From Pseudomonadota bacterium (GTDB taxonomy: Bacteria > Pseudomonadota > Alphaproteobacteria > Caulobacterales > Caulobacteraceae), in contig JAKBBV010000009.1 in the NCBI GenBank assembly GCA_021808285.1, positions 952 through 64,951 on the forward strand: 64,000 nt of DNA, written 5' to 3'. The translations under genes were made by a program, and so were the position numbers. Positions 1 to 8,656 of this stretch are shown in pieces (within the stretch, counting starts at the first letter, position 1; each line of letters opens with the position of its first letter). The notes under the pieces were generated by a model, which saw nothing but the letters and a program-made list of their open reading frames with translations, was not told where the DNA came from and did no database searches.

Positions 1-1
1 A

Positions 2-442
2 GCCGCCGCGCTGTGTCTCTTCGGGGCTCTGGCGCGACCCGAGGCGATCAGCGCCGAGCGAGCGGCGGCGATCGGCTTTTCGATCATGTTCGTGTTCGCC
101 AGCCCGGGCGCCTACGCCTTGATCTTCCTTCTGTTTCTGGTTTTCCAGGAGGCCGGGCGCGGCTGGGGCGTTCGTCTGGCGGTTCTGGCCGCCTATCTCT
201 GGTGCATCCCCTGGGACTACAATCTCGCGCCGGTGATGCATGAGTCGAACTTCAGTTTCCTGGCGGGCCGTCCTGTCGGATTCGAGCTGTCCCTGACCCT
301 GGGCGAGCTCCTGAGGCCGGCGCTGGTGCTCCTCATTCAGGTCGGACTCGTCATGGACACCCTGCCTCGCCTGGCGTGCGCCCTGCGCCGGGGCCAGTCT
401 ACGACCATGCCCGTCATTGCCCCGGAGGCGACCAGTCGCTAG
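2..442 (+). CDS. C-terminal part of an unknown polytopic membrane protein (5'-truncated by window edge)
   Basis: Frame is open from position 2 (AAALCLFGALARPEAISAERAAAIGFSIMFVFASPGAYALIFLLFLVF...) to the stop at 442, with several hydrophobic segments. Family not recognised; a GT-C glycosyltransferase-like tail is only a guess. Confidence 0.6.
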   Translation, partial: AAALCLFGALARPEAISAERAAAIGFSIMFVFASPGAYALIFLLFLVFQEAGRGWGVRLAVLAAYLWCIPWDYNLAPVMHESNFSFLAGRPVGFELSLTLGELLRPALVLLIQVGLVMDTLPRLACALRRGQSTTMPVIAPEATSR

Positions 443-514
443 GGTCCCGCCGCATCGGTCGGGCGCGTCTCAGCGTCGCGACTCTCCCCGAATTCCAAGG
501 ATCAAGAGCTTTAA

Positions 515-1312
515 GTGTCGGATTTCGTCAATGAGGTTGAGGAGACTCTGCGCGCCGAGCGCATGGCCTCAATTTTCCGCAGGGTGTGGCCCTGGTTCGC
601 GGCGGCTCTGATCGCCACCATCGTCGGCTGGCTGGGCGCCTGGGCCTGGCAGACCTGGCGGAGCCAGAACATCGGCCGCGCCTCGATCGTCTATGACAAG
701 GCGATGGCCGCGCTTGAGGCCGGCGACCAGGCGGGCGCCTTCACTCAGCTTCAGCCCCTCGCCCGGAGCGGGCCCGCGGGATATCGCACCCTCGCCCTGA
801 TGACCCAGGCCGACATTCGCCTTTCGGCCGACAAGACCCAGGAGGCCGCCAGCCTGTTCGATCAGGCGGCGAAGGCGGCGCCCAATCCGATCTTCCATGA
901 TCTGGCCGCTCTGCGCGCCGCGCAGGTTCTGATCGACACCGCGCCCCTTCCGCAGATGACCGTGCGTCTTGGTCCGCTGATCGGGGCCGACAAGCCCTTC
1001 GACCTCCAGGCCCGTGAAGCCCTGGCCATCGCCAAGCTCGAGGCGGGACAAACGCGGCAGGCCCGGGACGATCTCAATGCCCTCAGCCTTTCGCTCGGGG
1101 TCTCCTCGTCCATGCGCCAGCGCGACCAGGGGATCATCGCCCTGATCGATTCCGGACAGGGCGCGCGGGTCGCCGAGGTGGTCAAGGCGGCAGCCCACCT
1201 GCCGCCGGGCGCGGAGGCGCAGGCCATGAAGCTCCTGTCGGAGGCCCAGGGACCCTCACCGGCGCCGGCGGGACCTGGGACCGCGCCCCCCGCGACCGCC
1301 CCGGCCACGTGA
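515..1312 (+). CDS. YfgM-like TPR membrane protein (ancillary SecYEG translocon subunit family)
   Basis: GTG start. N-terminus SDFVNEVEETLRAER, then one TM helix and TPR-like helices. Conserved position directly upstream of bamB-der. P/A-rich C-terminal tail. Confidence 0.85.
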   Translation: MSDFVNEVEETLRAERMASIFRRVWPWFAAALIATIVGWLGAWAWQTWRSQNIGRASIVYDKAMAALEAGDQAGAFTQLQPLARSGPAGYRTLALMTQADIRLSADKTQEAASLFDQAAKAAPNPIFHDLAALRAAQVLIDTAPLPQMTVRLGPLIGADKPFDLQAREALAIAKLEAGQTRQARDDLNALSLSLGVSSSMRQRDQGIIALIDSGQGARVAEVVKAAAHLPPGAEAQAMKLLSEAQGPSPAPAGPGTAPPATAPAT

Positions 1313-1344
1313 ACGCCGCGATCTTGAAGCCTGAAGGCCAGCTT

Positions 1345-2766
1345 ATGACCTCGTCCAAGCCCCGACACGCGGCCCTCGCCCTTGCCGTTCTGGCCGTTGC
1401 CGCGCTTGCGGGCTGCGCCACGGTGAGCCGGCTCAATCCCTTCCATGGCGGCCACCGCGACCGCCATGAGCGCCCGGCCAAGGACGAGGCCAACCGCGTG
1501 CCTCTGGTCTCGCTCGACGACCAGCTCAAGGTGTCCGACGCCCTGCGCGGGGTGGGCTACCAGATCGCGCCGGCCGCGCCGGCGTCCAACTGGCCTCTTC
1601 CCGGCGGCGATGAAGACCAGGATATGGAGAACATCGCCGCGGCCCCGGATTTCGCCGTCGCCTGGCGACGCGGCTTTGGCCGGAAGTCCTCACGCACCAT
1701 GCATGTCACCTCGCCGCCGATCCTGGCCGAGGGACGCGTCTTCGTGATGGACGCCATGGCCGAGGTCAGCGCCCACGACGCCAAGACCGGCGCGACGATA
1801 TGGCGCCGCAGTATCGAGACCCGACCCTTCCGACGCGGTCGCTCCATCGGCAAGATGCTCGCCGACATCGGGGCCGGGCGTTCGGGCAGCGGGGTCACCC
1901 TCGCCTGGGGCGGCGGCATGGCCTGGAACGATGGCCGTCTCTATATCTCGTCGGGCTATCGCGAACTGGTCTGTCTCGACGGCGCCAGCGGCAAGGAGAT
2001 CTGGCGGACCACGACGGACGCCCCTCTGCACGCCGCCCCGACCGTGGCGCGCGGCAAGGTCTTCGTCGAGGACGTGGATGATGAGCTGTTCGCCTTCGAC
2101 GCCAAGGACGGGACCCAGCTCTGGACCTATCAGGCCCTGGCCGAGCCGGCGCGGATGCTGGGCGCCACCAGCCCGGCGATCGACAATGACACCCTTGTCG
2201 CCTCCTTCGCCTCGGGCGAGCTGGTCGCCCTGCGATCGGGCAATGGGGAAGAACTGTGGAATGTCCCGCTCTCGAAGGTTTCGCGCACCAACGCCCTTTC
2301 CGAGATCCGCGACATCGTCGGCCGCCCCCTGATCCATAGCACCCAGGTCATCGCCGTCAGCCACTCGGACACCATGAGCGCGGTGGACTTGCGCACCGGC
2401 GTACAGGACTGGACCCTCCCGGTCTCGGCGATCACCAGCCCCTGGGCTTCGGGCGACGTGGTCTATGTCATGGACATCACCGGGCGATTGATCTGCGTTT
2501 CCGTGGACAGCGGTCAGATCTACTGGATCACCAACCTGAATGAGCATCTGAGCCGCAAGAAGCGGGTCTATTGGACGGGGCCGGTGATGGCGTCCGACCG
2601 GCTCATCATGGGCTCCAGCGACGGTCGCGCCGTCTCCGTGGACGCCAAGACGGGCAAGCTGCTGAAGACGATCAAGCTGGGCGCCGATGCGCTCATCGGA
2701 CCGATCGCGGCCGATGGCATGGTCTATTTCGCGACCGACAAGGCCGAGCTCATCGCCCTGCGATGA
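1345..2766 (+). CDS. bamB: PQQ-like beta-propeller lipoprotein, BamB family
   Basis: Lipobox LAGC; repeated DAxTG..W / ..G..LW propeller motifs; yfgM-bamB-der synteny. Start chosen at ATG 1345 (ORF open from 1309). Confidence 0.85.
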   Translation: MTSSKPRHAALALAVLAVAALAGCATVSRLNPFHGGHRDRHERPAKDEANRVPLVSLDDQLKVSDALRGVGYQIAPAAPASNWPLPGGDEDQDMENIAAAPDFAVAWRRGFGRKSSRTMHVTSPPILAEGRVFVMDAMAEVSAHDAKTGATIWRRSIETRPFRRGRSIGKMLADIGAGRSGSGVTLAWGGGMAWNDGRLYISSGYRELVCLDGASGKEIWRTTTDAPLHAAPTVARGKVFVEDVDDELFAFDAKDGTQLWTYQALAEPARMLGATSPAIDNDTLVASFASGELVALRSGNGEELWNVPLSKVSRTNALSEIRDIVGRPLIHSTQVIAVSHSDTMSAVDLRTGVQDWTLPVSAITSPWASGDVVYVMDITGRLICVSVDSGQIYWITNLNEHLSRKKRVYWTGPVMASDRLIMGSSDGRAVSVDAKTGKLLKTIKLGADALIGPIAADGMVYFATDKAELIALR

Positions 2767-2785
2767 GCGTTCAGGGGCAGGGATC

Positions 2786-4417
2786 GTGGCGCTGAAACTC
2801 GCCATTGTCGGCCGACCCAATGTCGGCAAGTCGACCTTGTTCAACCGTCTTGCCGGACGACGCCTGGCCATCGTCGACGACCGACCGGGCGTGACCCGCG
2901 ACCGGCGAGAGGCGAAGGGACGTTTGGGTGATCTCGACCTTGACCTGGTGGACACTGCCGGGTTCGAGGACGTCGACGACGAGAGCCTTGAGGCTCGCAT
3001 GCGGCGCCAGACCGAGGCGGCGGTGGCCTCGGCGCAGGTTGTGGTCTTCGTCATAGATGCGCGGGAGGGTGTCACCCCGGCCGATCAGATCTTCGCCGAC
3101 CTGGTGCGTCGCAGCGGCAAGCCCGTGGTCGCCGTGGCCAACAAATGCGAGGGAAGGGCGGGCGCGGCCGGCGCCCTCGAGGCCTTCGGTCTGGGATTTG
3201 GCGAGTGCGTGGCGCTCTCCGCCGAGCATGGCGAGGGCCTCGGCGAGCTCTATGCCGCCTTGCGAAGCGCCGCCGCAGGTCTCGACCCGCAGAGCCCGGA
3301 GGCGCCGGAATCAGAGTCCCCGCCCATCCGCATCGCCGTCGTCGGCCGGCCGAATGCGGGCAAGTCCACCCTGATCAATCGTCTCATCGGCGAGGCGCGC
3401 CTGCTCACCGGACCGGAGGCCGGGATCACCCGCGACGCGGTCTCGGTGGACTGGGTCTGGCAGGACCGCAGGGTGCGGCTCGTGGACACGGCGGGACTGC
3501 GTCGCAAGGCCAAGGTCACGCCAGGTCTGGAGCGGCTGTCGGCCCAGGACAGCCTGCGCGCGATCAATCTGGCCGAGGTCGTGCTGCTGGTCATGGATGC
3601 CGAACATGCGTTCGAGACGCAGGACCTGACCCTGGCCGATCTCGTCGAGCGGGAGGGCCGCTCGCTCGTCTATGTGCTCGCCAAATGGGATCTTATGGAT
3701 GAGCCTGGGGCGCGCCTGCGCGAGGCGGTCGAGACCGCAGAGCGGATGCTGCCTCAGCTGCGCGGGACCCCGCTCGTGGCGCTTTCGGCGGAGACGGGGA
3801 GGGGGCTGGACCGGCTGATGCCGGCGGTGATCAAGGCCCAGGCCGACTGGTCGACCAAGCTCAAGACCCGGGATCTGAACGACTGGCTCCGCCTCGCCAT
3901 GGAGCGGCATCCGCCGCCGGCGGTGAACGGCCGCCGGATCAAGCCCAAATATATGGCCCAGACCAAGGCCAGGCCGCCGACCTTCGTGCTCTTCGCGAGC
4001 CGCGCGGCGTCCATGCCCGACAGCTACAGGCGATATCTGATCAATTCGCTTCGCGAGAGTTTCGATCTGCCTGGAACGCCCATTCGCCTGACCGTCAAAT
4101 CCGGGTCGAATCCCTATGTGGACGGCGAGGCCGCTTCCGCGCCCCGAGCCGCGGCGCCCCGGGGGGCGGCGACCAGAGCGAAAGGTCCAGGCCTGGCCGC
4201 GGCGTCAGCCCAGGCGCAACCCGGGAAGGCGAAACCTGGGAAGGCGCAACCTGGGAAGGCGACATCCGGCAAAACGGCCAGACCCAAGACGGCCAGACCC
4301 AAGACGGCCGGATCCAAGGCGCACGGGCCCGGAGCCGCCAGACCGGGATCCTTCAAACCGGTCAAGCCGCGGGGCTCGGGACCTCCGCGCGGGCGGCCTT
4401 CCAGGCCGCGAAGCTGA
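2786..4417 (+). CDS. der: Ribosome biogenesis GTPase Der (EngA) with long basic C-terminal tail
   Basis: Two GTPase domains (GRPNVGKS / GVTRD / DTAG and GRPNAGKS / GITRD / DTAG) plus KH-like domain (YRRYLINSLRESFDLPGTPIRL). GTG start at 2786. Confidence 0.97.
   Translation: MALKLAIVGRPNVGKSTLFNRLAGRRLAIVDDRPGVTRDRREAKGRLGDLDLDLVDTAGFEDVDDESLEARMRRQTEAAVASAQVVVFVIDAREGVTPADQIFADLVRRSGKPVVAVANKCEGRAGAAGALEAFGLGFGECVALSAEHGEGLGELYAALRSAAAGLDPQSPEAPESESPPIRIAVVGRPNAGKSTLINRLIGEARLLTGPEAGITRDAVSVDWVWQDRRVRLVDTAGLRRKAKVTPGLERLSAQDSLRAINLAEVVLLVMDAEHAFETQDLTLADLVEREGRSLVYVLAKWDLMDEPGARLREAVETAERMLPQLRGTPLVALSAETGRGLDRLMPAVIKAQADWSTKLKTRDLNDWLRLAMERHPPPAVNGRRIKPKYMAQTKARPPTFVLFASRAASMPDSYRRYLINSLRESFDLPGTPIRLTVKSGSNPYVDGEAASAPRAAAPRGAATRAKGPGLAAASAQAQPGKAKPGKAQPGKATSGKTARPKTARPKTAGSKAHGPGAARPGSFKPVKPRGSGPPRGRPSRPRS
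4214..4318 (+). repeat. Seven tandem 15-bp units in the der tail
   Basis: gcgcaacccgggaag / gcgaaacctgggaag / gcgcaacctgggaag / gcgacatccggcaaa / acggccagacccaag x2 / acggccggatccaag, encoding AQPGK AKPGK AQPGK ATSGK TARPK TARPK TAGSK. Confidence 0.9.
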
Positions 4418-5129
4418 GGGTTTCCGTCGGCGGGCCCAGTTCCGGCGCCGCGCACAGCTCTACGATCATCGGGCCGATCTCCGCCGGATCGGGCAGGGAC
4501 TGAGGGTCTTCGCCAGGATAGGCCTCGGCCCGCATCCGCGTTCTCATGGGCCCGGGATTGACGATCGCCACGCGCAGGGGCGAGGCGTCGGTCTCGTCCG
4601 CCCAGCTCCGGCCAAGCGCCTCGAGCCCCGCCTTGGTGGCCGCGTAGTGGCCCCAGAACGCCCTGGGTCTCGTCGCGACGCCGGAGGTGAGAAGGATGGC
4701 CCGGCCGGCCTCGCTGGCCCTCAAAAGCGGCTCCAGCGAGCGGATCAGGCGGAACGCCGAGCTGAGATTGGTCGAGACGATCTTGTCCCAAAGCTCCGGG
4801 GTGATGTGGGCGATGGGGCGAAGGCCGGCCAGCATGGCGGCGGCGTGAACCAGGATGTCGAGGCGCTTGTGGCGGGAGAAGATGGCCCCGCCCAGAGCAT
4901 CCACCGCGGCTCCATCGGTCAGATCCAGCGGGACAAGGGTCGGACGCGGCCCGTCGATGGCGCGGATGTCGTCGTCCAGCTCCTCCAGCCCCCCTTGGGT
5001 GCGGCCAATGGCGAAGACCTGCGCCCCCGCGCCTGCGAGGGCGATGGCGCTGGCGCGTCCGATGCCCCGTGTCGCCCCGGTAACGACCGCGATTTTCCCC
5101 TGGAGAGGATGGCCGGCGGCGGATGTCAT
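4362..5129 (-). CDS. Short-chain dehydrogenase/reductase (YciK-like)
   Basis: TGATRGIG nucleotide-binding motif and YAATK catalytic motif; conserved position downstream of purF. Confidence 0.92.
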   Translation of the reverse strand: MTSAAGHPLQGKIAVVTGATRGIGRASAIALAGAGAQVFAIGRTQGGLEELDDDIRAIDGPRPTLVPLDLTDGAAVDALGGAIFSRHKRLDILVHAAAMLAGLRPIAHITPELWDKIVSTNLSSAFRLIRSLEPLLRASEAGRAILLTSGVATRPRAFWGHYAATKAGLEALGRSWADETDASPLRVAIVNPGPMRTRMRAEAYPGEDPQSLPDPAEIGPMIVELCAAPELGPPTETLSFAAWKAARAEVPSPAA

Positions 5130-6613
5130 GCGTCCTCCAGGAAGGAGAGCTGCGGCTGCGCGGCGTGGCTGTCGAGCCCCTGGGCCCGCTCCCTGTCCAG
5201 CAGACGGGTCGGATAGTCGCCGGTGAAATAGTGATCGGTGAACTGTGGGCAGTCAGGGTCGCGCGGGCCCGCGCCCATGGCCCAGTAGAGCCCGTCCACG
5301 GACAGGAAGCCCAGGCTGTCCACCTCCAGCAGATGCGCCATTTCGGGCAGGGTGCGGGTGGCGGCCAGGAGGTCGGCCCGGTCGGGCATGTCGATGCCGT
5401 AGAAATCCGGCCATTTGATCTGGGGCGAGGCGGAACGCAGATGGACCTCCCTGGCCCCGGCCTCCCGCACCATTCGCACCACACGCACCGAGTTTGTGCC
5501 GCGCACAATGGAGTCGTCGATGAGCATGACCCGCTTGCCGGCCAGCACCGCCTTGTTCGGGCTCAGCTTCATGCGCACCCCGTGTTCGCGGGCGCCCTGG
5601 GACGGCTGGATGAAGGTGCGGCCCATATAGTGATTGCGGATGATGCCCATTTCATAGGGAACCCCGCTGGCCTGGGCGTAGCCGAGCGCAGCCGGCACGC
5701 CGGAGTCGGGCACCGGCACGACGACGTCCACGTCCACATGGCTTTCGGACGCCAGTCTCTGGCCCAGTCGTTTGCGCACCTCATAGACGGAGCGGCCGTT
5801 GACCACACTGTCGGGCATGGCGAAGTAGACGTATTCGAAGACGCAGGGCCGCGCCCTGGCTGCGGGGAAGGGACGCAGCGTCTCCACGCCGCTGTCGGAG
5901 ACGACGATCATTTCCCCGTGCTCCACATCGCGCACGAACCGGGCGCCGATCATGTCCAGAGCCCGGGTCTCGGAGGCGAACACCGCCTTTCCGCCCAGAT
6001 CGCCCAGAACCAGGGGCCTGATGCCCAGGGGATCGCGCACCCCGATCAATTTCTTATTGGTCAGCGCCACCAGGGCGTAGCCGCCTTCGACCTGGCTCAA
6101 GGCGTCGATGAATTTCTCGACGATCTTCTCTTTGCGCGATCTCGCCACCAGGTGGAGGATCACCTCGGAATCCGAGGTCGACTGAAAGATGGCCCCGGCT
6201 GAGACCAACTCCTCACGCAGGGCGAGGAAATTGGTGAGATTGCCATTATGGGCGATGGCGATGCCGCCACTCTTGAGATCGGCGAACATGGGCTGACCGT
6301 TGCGCAGGAAGCTGCCGCCGGCGGTGGAATAGCGGGTATGGCCGATGGCCGATGAGCCTGGCAGGCGGCGGGTCAGGTCGTCCCCGGAGAAGGCGTCGGC
6401 CACATGGCCCAGATGGCGCTCGGTGTGAAAGCGCTGACCGTCGAAGGCGGCGATCCCACAGGCCTCCTGTCCGCGATGCTGCAGGGCGTGCAGACCGAGC
6501 GCCGTCAGGGCGGCGGCCCCCGGCGCATCGAAGATGCCGAAGACCCCGCATTCCAGGCGCGGGGCATCATCCAGAGGATCACGCACCGAGGGCGAGATGG
6601 AAGGTGGGATCAT
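5126..6613 (-). CDS. purF: Amidophosphoribosyltransferase
   Basis: Propeptide followed by catalytic ECGVFG; HALQHRGQE, GHTRYST, PVPDSG, DDSIVRG; PRTase C-terminal domain. Confidence 0.98.
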   Translation of the reverse strand: MIPPSISPSVRDPLDDAPRLECGVFGIFDAPGAAALTALGLHALQHRGQEACGIAAFDGQRFHTERHLGHVADAFSGDDLTRRLPGSSAIGHTRYSTAGGSFLRNGQPMFADLKSGGIAIAHNGNLTNFLALREELVSAGAIFQSTSDSEVILHLVARSRKEKIVEKFIDALSQVEGGYALVALTNKKLIGVRDPLGIRPLVLGDLGGKAVFASETRALDMIGARFVRDVEHGEMIVVSDSGVETLRPFPAARARPCVFEYVYFAMPDSVVNGRSVYEVRKRLGQRLASESHVDVDVVVPVPDSGVPAALGYAQASGVPYEMGIIRNHYMGRTFIQPSQGAREHGVRMKLSPNKAVLAGKRVMLIDDSIVRGTNSVRVVRMVREAGAREVHLRSASPQIKWPDFYGIDMPDRADLLAATRTLPEMAHLLEVDSLGFLSVDGLYWAMGAGPRDPDCPQFTDHYFTGDYPTRLLDRERAQGLDSHAAQPQLSFLEDA

Positions 6614-7167
6614 GACGGGGTTTCCAGGACGACGGCGAGGTGGGAAGGGCGGGCGGATCGAGCTTCAGCGGCATCCATGTCGCGGGTCAGGCGCAGTCCT
6701 CGCGGCGCCACGGCCCTCAGCATGGCCCCGGCGCGGGCCGTCAGCGGATAGAGCCGCGCATGGGCGATCCATCCCGGAAGGCTGTCGGACGGAATGACGG
6801 CGGCGATCAGAACCCCGAACAGGGCCAGCACCAGGAGGCCGCGGGCGAGGCCCACGCCCAGGCCCAAGAGACGATCGAGGCCCGCGAGGCCCCCTTCCTG
6901 CACCGAGGCGCTGAGAGCCCCTGTCATCAAACGAAGGCCCATATAGGCGACGACGAAGACCAGGAGCATCGCCAACGACTTGGCGACCCAGTCGAATTTC
7001 ACGAACTTGATCATCAGGGGGCTCAGGAAGGGGCCGACGGCGAAGGCCAGGATCAGGCTCGCCGCGAAGGCCAGAACCGTGGTGACCTCGCGTGTGGCGC
7101 CGCGCATCAGCCCCAGAAGGGCCGACAGGGCCAGCACACCCCCGGCTATGGCGTCGAACAGAGTCAT
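6610..7167 (-). CDS. cvpA: CvpA (colicin V production) family membrane protein
   Basis: GLMRGATREV and LDRLLGLGVGLARG motifs, four TM helices; radA-cvpA-purF synteny with ATGA overlap to purF. Confidence 0.9.
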   Translation of the reverse strand: MTLFDAIAGGVLALSALLGLMRGATREVTTVLAFAASLILAFAVGPFLSPLMIKFVKFDWVAKSLAMLLVFVVAYMGLRLMTGALSASVQEGGLAGLDRLLGLGVGLARGLLVLALFGVLIAAVIPSDSLPGWIAHARLYPLTARAGAMLRAVAPRGLRLTRDMDAAEARSARPSHLAVVLETPS

Positions 7168-7201
7168 GGCGCGGCGTCCCATCGGAGCGGCGCGCCGGAC
7201 A

Positions 7202-8566
7202 TCATTGCCAGCGACCCTCGCCGATGCGCGTCACCGCCTCGGCCAGGCGGGTGACGCCGCTCACCCGCACAGACGCGCCCTCGGCCGCGACCGGAGCCAG
7301 GGCCTGGCTGAACCCCAGCTTCGCAGCTTCCTTGAGGCGGGACTCTGTTCGACTCACGGGACGGACATCTCCGGACAGGCTGATCTCCCCGAACACGACG
7401 CAGTCCTGTGGCAGGGCGACATCCAAAGCTGAAGAGGCCAGGGCGGCGGCGGCGGCGAGATCGGCGGCGGGTTCGCTGACGCGGAGGCCGCCAGCGACGT
7501 TCAAATAAACGTCACGACCGGCGAATCCAAGACCGCAGCGCGCTTCGAGCACCGCCATGACCATGGCCAGGCGCCCGGAGTCCCAGCCGACGACCGCGCG
7601 CCTTGGCGTTCCGTAGACGGAAGGGGCGACCAGGGCCTGGAACTCCACGAGAACCGGACGCGAGCCCTCGATCCCGGCGAACACCGCCGCCCCCGCCGAC
7701 CGATCCCCACCCTCGTTGAGGAACAGGGCCGAGGGATTTCTGACCTCGTTGAGCCCGGTATCCCCCATTTCGAAGACGCCGATCTCGTCCGTGGCGCCGA
7801 AGCGGTTCTTCACGCCGCGCAGCACGCGGAACGGATAGCCCCGCTCTCCCTCGAAGGCGAGCACCGCGTCCACCAGATGTTCAACCACCCGCGGACCGGC
7901 GATCTGTCCGTCCTTGGTCACGTGGCCCACCAGAATCACCGCGACGCCGCGGCGTTTGGCCAGGCGGACAAGCTCCGCCGCGCAGGCTCGCACCTGGGTG
8001 ACCGAGCCCGGTCCCGCCTCATGCGCCTCGCTCCACAGGGTCTGCACCGAATCGATGACCACGAGGTCGAAGGCCTCTCGCTTCAGGCCCTCGACGATCT
8101 CGCGCAGGGACGTCTCGGCGGCGAGGCGGACATTGGCGTCGACCAGGCCCAGCCGCTGGGCCCGGCCGCGGATCTGCTCGGCCGCCTCCTCGCCGGAAAT
8201 GTAGGCGCAGGCCGCGCCGCGCCGGGCCGCCTCTGCGCAGACCTGCAGGAGAAGGGTGGACTTGCCCACGCCCGGATCCCCCGCCACGAGCAGGGCCGAG
8301 CCTGGCACCACCCCGCCGCCGCAGACCCGGTCGAACTCGCCCACGCCGGTGGCCAGGCGCGGAGGCGGCGGCGTCTGGCTCTCCAGGTCCTCGAACGCCA
8401 GGCCCCGGCCTTTGCCCGATCTCGCGGGCCGCAGGGCGCCTGGCGGGGCGCCGGAGCTCTCCTCGACGAGACTGTTCCAGGCCGCGCAGGCCGGGCAGCG
8501 CCCCGACCATTTCGACTGTGCGGCGCCGCAGGACTGGCAGACATAGAGGGCGCCGTCGCGAGCCAT
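7202..8566 (-). CDS. radA: DNA repair protein RadA/Sms
   Basis: CxxC-x10-CxxC zinc finger, Walker A GDPGVGKST, KNRFG motif, Lon-like C-terminus. Confidence 0.98.
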   Translation of the reverse strand: MARDGALYVCQSCGAAQSKWSGRCPACAAWNSLVEESSGAPPGALRPARSGKGRGLAFEDLESQTPPPPRLATGVGEFDRVCGGGVVPGSALLVAGDPGVGKSTLLLQVCAEAARRGAACAYISGEEAAEQIRGRAQRLGLVDANVRLAAETSLREIVEGLKREAFDLVVIDSVQTLWSEAHEAGPGSVTQVRACAAELVRLAKRRGVAVILVGHVTKDGQIAGPRVVEHLVDAVLAFEGERGYPFRVLRGVKNRFGATDEIGVFEMGDTGLNEVRNPSALFLNEGGDRSAGAAVFAGIEGSRPVLVEFQALVAPSVYGTPRRAVVGWDSGRLAMVMAVLEARCGLGFAGRDVYLNVAGGLRVSEPAADLAAAAALASSALDVALPQDCVVFGEISLSGDVRPVSRTESRLKEAAKLGFSQALAPVAAEGASVRVSGVTRLAEAVTRIGEGRWQ

Positions 8567-8656
8567 GATCTCCGAATCGCTCCCACAGCCGAGGCCTGAC
8601 CCGGAGACTCTAACACAGGCGTCAAGAGGGCCGCGCCGTCCTCGCCGCTGATGCGG

